From the NCBI GenBank assembly GCA_963796455.1, contig CAWCLO010000010.1, positions 1 through 64,000 of the forward strand: a DNA stretch of 64,000 bases, given 5' to 3'. The notes beneath the pieces are model-generated. The model ran no database searches. It was not told where the DNA came from and saw only the letters and a program-made list of their open reading frames with translations. Below are positions 60,406-64,000 of the stretch, one piece after another. The position numbers and the translations under genes were made by a program. Positions within the stretch are counted from its first letter, which is position 1. The number at the start of each line of letters is the position of its first letter. This DNA comes from Candidatus Sulfomarinibacteraceae bacterium. Lineage in GTDB: Bacteria > Acidobacteriota > Thermoanaerobaculia > Thermoanaerobaculales > Sulfomarinibacteraceae.

Positions 60406-60574
60406 TTCCCCCCCATTGGTGGGTTTGTGGCCTTGGCAGGCCGATTGTTCGGATCTCTCTTCCCATTGTGTCACGGAGACCAGCCGCGACGAGCAAAATG
60501 ATGATCGGTTATGGTTTGGGCGACAATGGGGTCTGCGGGCTGAACGCCCGGCAGACCAACATGGAGGTCCGTCG

Positions 60575-61681
<1,107 letters not shown>

Positions 61682-61876
61682 GGCGCGCGCACTCAACGTC
61701 CGGTGCCGGACGGCACTGCAACAGCGACGTCATCCCGGCGAAAAACGCGAAGACACGAAGACGCAGAGAGAGCGCGAAGTATCGTCAAACACGGATTCCA
61801 GGATTCCTTTGCGGCATTTGCGACTTCTCGGTTCAACCGTATTTGCGGGCACCGACCGTGCCACATCGACTACCGT

Positions 61877-62722
61877 TCAACGACTGAGGAAATCCGTAAC
61901 CACCGTTGCAATGCGCTCGGGGTGAGTGAGGTGCACGTGGTGGCCGCCCTCGACCTCGGTGGTTTCGAGATCGGGTATCACCGAAAGCCGGTGGTTGACG
62001 ATCTTTTCCGGAAAGGGCCAACCCTGCAGCGCTCGAACCGCCAGGACCGGGCAGTCGATGGCCGCCAGAAAGGCGACAGCGTGGTCCTCGGTGAAGCGGA
62101 GTCGCGATCGGGTTTTGAGCCGCGGATCATGGGTGAAGCGAAGCCCGCCGTCAACCGTCTCGGTGCCGCGCTCCACCAACAATCGGGTCGACTCATCATC
62201 AAGCTCGGTGTCGCGGGCTCGGGCACGAATGGCACGCTCGATATCAGGAAAAATCCGCGGTGAAATTTGGGCTGCCCGTTTTTCATCCGCCAGGGCAAGA
62301 ACGAGCTGTTCAGGTGCCCGTTCCGCCTCGGCCGCCATGGGGCCCACACCTTCGAGGAGAACCACCCTCCGGACCCTGCCCGGGAAGGCCGCCGGAATCA
62401 ACGACGAGATCCCCGCCCCCATCGAGTGACCCAGAAGGCTGAATTCGGACCAACCGAGAGCATCGGCCGCCGCCGTGACTTCGACCGGCCAATCGACAAA
62501 GTGGTGCACGACTCCAGGGGGCCGGTGTTGCGAGCGGCCGTGACCGGGGAGGTCGAGCGCCACGACGTGCAGACCCTGAAGCATCGGGGCCAATCGTTGA
62601 AATGAAGCCGCGTTGTCGAGCCAGCCATGGAGCGCGAGCACGTGCCGACCATCGTCAGGGCCCCACTCGAGGGCAGCGAGCCGCAGATGGGGCAGCTCGA
62701 TCGATATCTCGCGCCCCGTCAT
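61877..62722 (-). CDS. Alpha/beta hydrolase
   Basis: LHGWLDNAASF, GHSMG, GGHHVH. Confidence 0.92.
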   Translation of the reverse strand: MTGREISIELPHLRLAALEWGPDDGRHVLALHGWLDNAASFQRLAPMLQGLHVVALDLPGHGRSQHRPPGVVHHFVDWPVEVTAAADALGWSEFSLLGHSMGAGISSLIPAAFPGRVRRVVLLEGVGPMAAEAERAPEQLVLALADEKRAAQISPRIFPDIERAIRARARDTELDDESTRLLVERGTETVDGGLRFTHDPRLKTRSRLRFTEDHAVAFLAAIDCPVLAVRALQGWPFPEKIVNHRLSVIPDLETTEVEGGHHVHLTHPERIATVVTDFLSR

Positions 62723-63471
62723 CGATGGTCCCGATAGAGGCGCAGGACAAAGGCACCGGCCGCTGTGCTCCGGAATTCCTCGACGATCTCCAACAACTCG
62801 CTCGGGATTTCATCGAGAGTCGGCAACGGCGAACCGTAGTTTTCGGGCAGCACCGCCGGCGCCGCAAGGGAGGCAAAGGTCAGATCGGCGGCCGTGAGCT
62901 CATCACCCACCAGAAACTCTCGATCGTCGGCCAACAGTTCACCGACCTCGGCAAAAATCGCCCGGACATATCCGAGTGATCGTTCGGCAGAAGCCTCGGT
63001 GATTTTCATCCCCTTTCGCATCAGAAACGTCACGAGCGGCGACACCAGGGGATACACGAGTTTGCTGCCACCACCAACACCAGCCAGGACCGACCGCAAA
63101 AAAAGATCCCGGTGCTGTAGCAGGTAGTAGTAGGCCAGCCGGCGAGTGTGGGGACCGAGCTTGGTGTCGAAATCTTCTTCAAGTTCTTCTGCGGTTTTCC
63201 TCAACTCGGGATTTTCGGGGTACGGCCGCCATCCTTCACCCTCGATTCCCTGGAGGTATCGCAGGATAACGGTCGAATCCGGATAGACGCCGTCATCCGT
63301 GACCAGCACCGGTGTCGACCCCGGCCCGCCCGCCCTCCTTGCCGGCCGACGATGAAAGATCGGAGGATGACCCTCTTCAAGGTAGGGGATGCTCATTTTT
63401 TCGAGCGCCCACCGAGCTTTTTCACAGTAGTGACTCGGCGGAATCGTGATCAGGCGAGCGTTTGAAGTCAT
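62719..63471 (-). CDS. Glutathione S-transferase family protein
   Basis: SHYCEKARWAL, TPVL, DSTVI, LTAADLTFASL. Confidence 0.9.
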   Translation of the reverse strand: MTSNARLITIPPSHYCEKARWALEKMSIPYLEEGHPPIFHRRPARRAGGPGSTPVLVTDDGVYPDSTVILRYLQGIEGEGWRPYPENPELRKTAEELEEDFDTKLGPHTRRLAYYYLLQHRDLFLRSVLAGVGGGSKLVYPLVSPLVTFLMRKGMKITEASAERSLGYVRAIFAEVGELLADDREFLVGDELTAADLTFASLAAPAVLPENYGSPLPTLDEIPSELLEIVEEFRSTAAGAFVLRLYRDHR

Positions 63472-63812
63472 GCCGCAGACTATCCCGAACACGCGGAGTT
63501 CTCAATGCTGGATGCGACCAATCCAGTGATCATCACCAGATGATTCAAGTGGCGGGGAGGTCGGGGTGCAGGAGACGGAGAAACCGCAGATCACGCAGAT
63601 GAGAAGATCCATTTGTGATTCGCTGCAAGATCTGTGGGAAGAATGGGCTGGGTGTGCGGAACTCAGAACTCCGAATTCCGAACTCCCTTTTTTCCTTGCG
63701 CGAGACGCCGCGCAGGGAAAAAAAGCCCCCTCCCGCCGGGAGGTGGATGGCGGGAGGGGTCGCGGAGGCCACCGGGCATCAGCCCGGTCACCGTGAAGCC
63801 TGAGTCGTCCGG

Positions 63813-64000
63813 TCAGTCCATTTGTTTCCGCAATATGGCCGGAATCTCGTAATCGTCGGTCTGGTTGATGCCGTACTCGGAATTCGGGCCGCCCGGAACC
63901 AGAAAACGGCTGGCGCGGGTCGGCGTCGATTCTTCGGTCTGGCCCTCGGGTTGGATTCTCACCTTCATCGCGGGCAGGAAGGCTTCGTCCGGAGAGACAT
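63813..64000 (-). CDS. ftsZ: Cell division protein FtsZ, C-terminal tail (partial)
   Basis: Manual translation ends ...TDDYEIPAILRKQMD*, matching the FtsZ C-terminal peptide after a disordered linker. Confidence 0.8.
   Translation of the reverse strand, partial: VSPDEAFLPAMKVRIQPEGQTEESTPTRASRFLVPGGPNSEYGINQTDDYEIPAILRKQMD

Overview
GC-rich bacterial chromosome segment. Gene content and order suggest Acidobacteriota, possibly Thermoanaerobaculia-like; this is inference, not a database result. From left to right: (1) mrp/mnh E-F genes. (2) A ~11.7 kb integrase-less island region downstream of tRNA-Lys(TTT). Its att-like duplicate is split into two exactly adjoining pieces (1246-1267 and 12107-12131). 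It carries an aromatic-carotenoid cluster (crtY-crtI-crtB-ABC exporter-DUF2141-crtU-crtV-like, plus crtE) and a BrnT/BrnA toxin-antitoxin pair. (3) purA with two compensating indels, several accessory genes and an ECF sigma factor. (4) An 11-subunit nuo operon (no nuoEFG) running directly into atpZ/I/B/E. (5) TonB, a frameshifted VIT-vWA gene, comM/yifB, REP-like repeats, and tmRNA followed by three 112-bp tandem repeats. (6) amiC-GerMN-murI and a large MscS/MscK channel. (7) An 844-bp element with terminal inverted repeats that encodes only a four-helix-bundle protein and sits in a heptamer array; a truncated second copy lies at 58.2 kb. (8) rph and four tRNAs. (9) A four-gene operon: PLP enzyme, DUF1611, PP-loop-creatininase fusion and dipeptide epimerase. 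(10) Miscellaneous genes and the 3' end of ftsZ. The best candidates for novelty are the four-helix-bundle mini-element, the split-att carotenoid island, the D-amino-acid-type operon and the repeat family attached to tRNA/tmRNA 3' ends.
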